NCBI GenBank assembly: GCA_027021705.1
Contig: JALUTT010000034.1
Coordinates: 1-60,307, forward strand
Length of the DNA: 60,307 bases
Reading direction: 5' to 3'
DNA from: Anaerolineae bacterium
Lineage (GTDB): Bacteria; Chloroflexota; Anaerolineae; S140-20
A model generated the notes under the pieces. The model was not told the DNA's origin. It ran no database searches and saw nothing but the letters and a program-made list of their open reading frames with translations. Of the stretch, positions 57,455 to 60,307 are shown piece after piece. Within the stretch, counting starts at the first letter, position 1; each line of letters begins with the position of its first letter. The position numbers and the translations under genes were made by a program.

Positions 57455-59923
57455 TCAGGTGGTCTGTCGGTCGGCTACAGATGGCAACGGCTGTGTGACG
57501 CCCACCTCCCGGTAGACGGTCTCCCGGGAGATGGAACGGGGGAAGGGGCCGACGGTCTGCAAGGCACGCTTGGCAACAGCGTGGCCCACCCGAACGCAAT
57601 CCGTCCAGGGGAGGCCATCCAGGTGGGCAACCAGCAGGCCGGCCCAGAAAGCATCACCAGCTCCGGTCCGATCCACCACCTCAACATGGGGGAGGTCCTC
57701 CACCCGCTCGATCTGACCATCGTGGGAGATGGTCACCGGACCGCCGCTCCGGGTGATGATCACGACGCGGGCGCCCAGGTCGTGCAGCCGTTCCAGAGCG
57801 ACTCGCTCCAGTTCGGCATCGGAGAGGCCGTGCTCAAAGAGGTGACGCAGGTCCTTCAGCGAGGGCTTCACGATGTCCACGAAGTAGAGGATCTGAGCCA
57901 ATACCTCCCAGGCCTCCTCGCGATCCGGCCAGATGCGGGGATGGTAGTTCAGGTCCAGGGTGATGATCTTGCCGTGGCGGTGGGCCAGGCGAACGGCCCG
58001 GCGCACGGCGGAGCGGGAGGGCTCCCGAGCCAGGGCGAAGGTGGAGGTGTGGACAACACGGGCCCGGCGGATCGCCTCTTCGGAGACATCCCGCAGGTTG
58101 AGCAGGGCATCCGCTTGGCGGATCACCTCGAAGTCGGGGACGCCGGGGGTGTGGGAGACGAAGACGTAGGTGGTCGCCGATTGGTCGGTGTGGCGGAGGA
58201 ACTGGACGCTGACCCCGTGGCGCTGGAGTTCCGTTTCTAGGAAGTAGCCGAAGGGGCCGGCACCCACTTTCGAGAGCACCGCCGACCGACCATCCAGCTT
58301 GGCCACGTAGACGGCGACGTTGGCCGGCTGGCCCCCCAGGTAGCGGGTGAAGCGGACCGCCTGGCGCAGGGAGTTGGTCCGCTCCCGCGAGATGAAGTCC
58401 ACCACCGTCTCACCCACGGCCAGCAGGTCCAGTTGCAGATAGAGCTCGCGCAACTGGTCCAGGGAGATGTCGTTCTCCGCCGTGGGGTTCCGAAAGTAGG
58501 GGGGGATGGAGAGCCGGGGCTGGATGGGATGCTCACCCCACACCTCCAGCACCCGTTCCAGGACCCACTCGTAGCCCTCGGCCGTCCGCTCCCAGGTGTA
58601 CCGCTCGTGCACCCGACGGTGGCCGGCCTTGGCGTAGGCATGCCACCTCTCCTCGTCCCCCAACACCTGGTAGAGGCCGTTCTGGAGGTCCGCCAGATCG
58701 GTCGGGTCCACCAGGACTCCGAAGTCCTGATCGCCCTCCCGCAGGCTCTCGCTGGGACCGCCGAACTTGGTGACGACGACGGGGAGACCGGCAGCCATCG
58801 CCTCCAGCGGAGCCAGCCCAAAGGGCTCGTAGAGAGCGGTCAGGGCGAAGACGGATCGGCGCTCGGCCAAAAAGCGGTAGCAAATGGCCAGTTCCTCCTG
58901 GCTCTCCAGGGAGAACATACTGATCTTGCCCCGCAGCTGTTCGCGAGCGATGATCCCCATCAGATCGTCCAGGACGGCCCGTTCAGCCGGCCCGGCCTTG
59001 CCGTAGTCTTGAAGGGGGTTGTCCAACCCTCGCGTGATGAAGACCAGGTTGACGCAGCACTGGAGTTCAGGGCTGGCGGCGTAGGCCTCCAGCAGTGCCC
59101 GGTGGTTCTTCTTGGGATCCAACCGACTGGAGGCGACGATGACGGGAAGATCGGCCCGCTCCCCCAGGTCCCGCCGCAGGCGCTCGACGATGGTCGCCCG
59201 CACGTCCTCCTCGCGGGGGCTGCGCACCGTCCGGTCAAAGATGTCCAGGGCCACGCCGGGGGGGATGATGGCGAACCGGTTGTCGTCCAGCGGGTCCACC
59301 GCTCCCCGATAGGCAGGGTGGGTGTACTGGTTAAACCGCTCCTGGCGGGTGCTGGTGATGATACGGACGGCCCGATCCATCGCGACGCGCTCGGCCACCA
59401 GCCGGCGGGCGAAGTGATAGCGAGCATCCATCGCCGCCAGGTTCTCCTCCGTCACCCCCAGCTTGTCCATCTTCTGAGCTCCCAGGGAGTGACCGGTGAA
59501 GGTGTAGGGCAGCCCCAGGGCTTCTTGGAGCAGCGCCCCGCAGAGGCCGGCGTCCCCGTAGTGAGTGGTCAGCACGTCGGGGAAGCGGCCCTCCGTCTGG
59601 TAGAAGATCATCAGGTTGGGCACCCACTCGGTGCCCAAGTAGGGCCAGAGCTCTTCCTTGGGGAGGAAGTGCTCAGGACCGCAGGGGATGCGCACGATGC
59701 GCACGTTGGGATGGCCGGGATAAAAATCCAGAGGGGCCGCGAACTCCGGCCACTCTGGATCCTTGATCTGCCGGGTGACGATGTCCACCCGGTGGCCCAT
59801 CCGGCCCAGCGCCAGGGCCACCTCTTTGACGTAGACCAGCTGCCCGCCGAAATCGGGATGCTCGGTCCAGTAGCTGTCTCCGGGATCGAAGTTACCCTGC
59901 GGATTGAGGAACGCGATGAACAT
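57455..59923 (-). CDS. Sucrose-phosphate synthase (GT4) fused to PfkB/fructokinase-like kinase
   Basis: AFLNPQGNFD..SYWTEHPDFGGQLVYVKE, TTHYGD, TGHSLGAQK, SSRLDPKKN, YEPFGLAP; the C-terminal domain has GETVVDF, GGQPANVA, DLNYHPRIW and DRTGAGDAF. Confidence 0.85.
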   Translation of the reverse strand: MFIAFLNPQGNFDPGDSYWTEHPDFGGQLVYVKEVALALGRMGHRVDIVTRQIKDPEWPEFAAPLDFYPGHPNVRIVRIPCGPEHFLPKEELWPYLGTEWVPNLMIFYQTEGRFPDVLTTHYGDAGLCGALLQEALGLPYTFTGHSLGAQKMDKLGVTEENLAAMDARYHFARRLVAERVAMDRAVRIITSTRQERFNQYTHPAYRGAVDPLDDNRFAIIPPGVALDIFDRTVRSPREEDVRATIVERLRRDLGERADLPVIVASSRLDPKKNHRALLEAYAASPELQCCVNLVFITRGLDNPLQDYGKAGPAERAVLDDLMGIIAREQLRGKISMFSLESQEELAICYRFLAERRSVFALTALYEPFGLAPLEAMAAGLPVVVTKFGGPSESLREGDQDFGVLVDPTDLADLQNGLYQVLGDEERWHAYAKAGHRRVHERYTWERTAEGYEWVLERVLEVWGEHPIQPRLSIPPYFRNPTAENDISLDQLRELYLQLDLLAVGETVVDFISRERTNSLRQAVRFTRYLGGQPANVAVYVAKLDGRSAVLSKVGAGPFGYFLETELQRHGVSVQFLRHTDQSATTYVFVSHTPGVPDFEVIRQADALLNLRDVSEEAIRRARVVHTSTFALAREPSRSAVRRAVRLAHRHGKIITLDLNYHPRIWPDREEAWEVLAQILYFVDIVKPSLKDLRHLFEHGLSDAELERVALERLHDLGARVVIITRSGGPVTISHDGQIERVEDLPHVEVVDRTGAGDAFWAGLLVAHLDGLPWTDCVRVGHAVAKRALQTVGPFPRSISRETVYREVGVTQPLPSVADRQTT

Positions 59924-59933
59924 CGGTTAGCCC

Positions 59934-60307
59934 TCAGTCCCGCCGGCGGCTTCCTGAGAGCAGGAAGATGTAGTAGAGCATCGTAGACAGGGCCTGGGCA
60001 ACTGCCGCCACGTAGGTCAGCGCAGCCGCCGTCAGCACCGCCCGCGCTCCCTTCTCCTCCGCCGGGCTCACGATCAGGCCGGTGGAGCGGAGCAGGGCGA
60101 TGGCCCGCGAGGAAGCATTGAGCTCCACGGGCAGGGTCACCAGAGCGAAGAGGAAGGCTCCGGAGAAGAAGATCACCCCCAGCCAGGCCAGCGTGTAGTT
60201 GCCCAGGAAGAAGAAGCCGATGACGAAGAGGATCGGTCCCAGCCAGGAGCCCAGGTTCACCACGGGCACCAGGCTGCCCCGCAGCCGTAGTAGAGCGTAT
60301 CCCTCCT
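59934..60307 (-). CDS. Zinc metallopeptidase (YugP/Zn_peptidase_2), 5' part outside window
   Basis: LVTLPVELNASSRA, VLTAAALTYVAA. Confidence 0.85.
   Translation of the reverse strand, partial: EGYALLRLRGSLVPVVNLGSWLGPILFVIGFFFLGNYTLAWLGVIFFSGAFLFALVTLPVELNASSRAIALLRSTGLIVSPAEEKGARAVLTAAALTYVAAVAQALSTMLYYIFLLSGSRRRD

Overview
GC-rich bacterial chromosome segment. The gene content (dnaB-dnaD-tandem DnaC/IstB ATPase, GT39 membrane glycosyltransferase, V4R protein) suggests Chloroflexota/Anaerolineae; this is an inference. The left ~10 kb is a visibly lower-GC accessory island. It carries an IS1634 transposase (partial), a DGQHR-domain gene apparently cut at its 5' end by that IS, and a convergent DNA phosphorothioation operon dndC-dndD-dndE-dndA. 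Its DndD has an unexplained ~140-aa C-terminal extension with an ADP-ribosyltransferase-like motif pattern, which is the best candidate for a new system. The island ends in an internally deleted IS4-like element and a probable RAYT remnant. The remainder is mostly housekeeping and metabolic genes: tdh-kbl, radical SAM pair, tRNA-Arg(CCT), holB, a GAF kinase/RR/Hpt/V4R cluster, the replication operon, trehalase, comM and ltaE. Oddities in this part include two LAGLIDADG inteins (dnaB and UDP-glucuronate decarboxylase), a sucrose-phosphate synthase-PfkB kinase fusion, a collapsed VapC toxin, two apparent pseudo-enzymes, a ~122-bp MITE family with target duplications, a REP-like family with fixed arms, and strand-oriented short tandem repeats. 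All calls come from reading motifs by eye; no searches were run.
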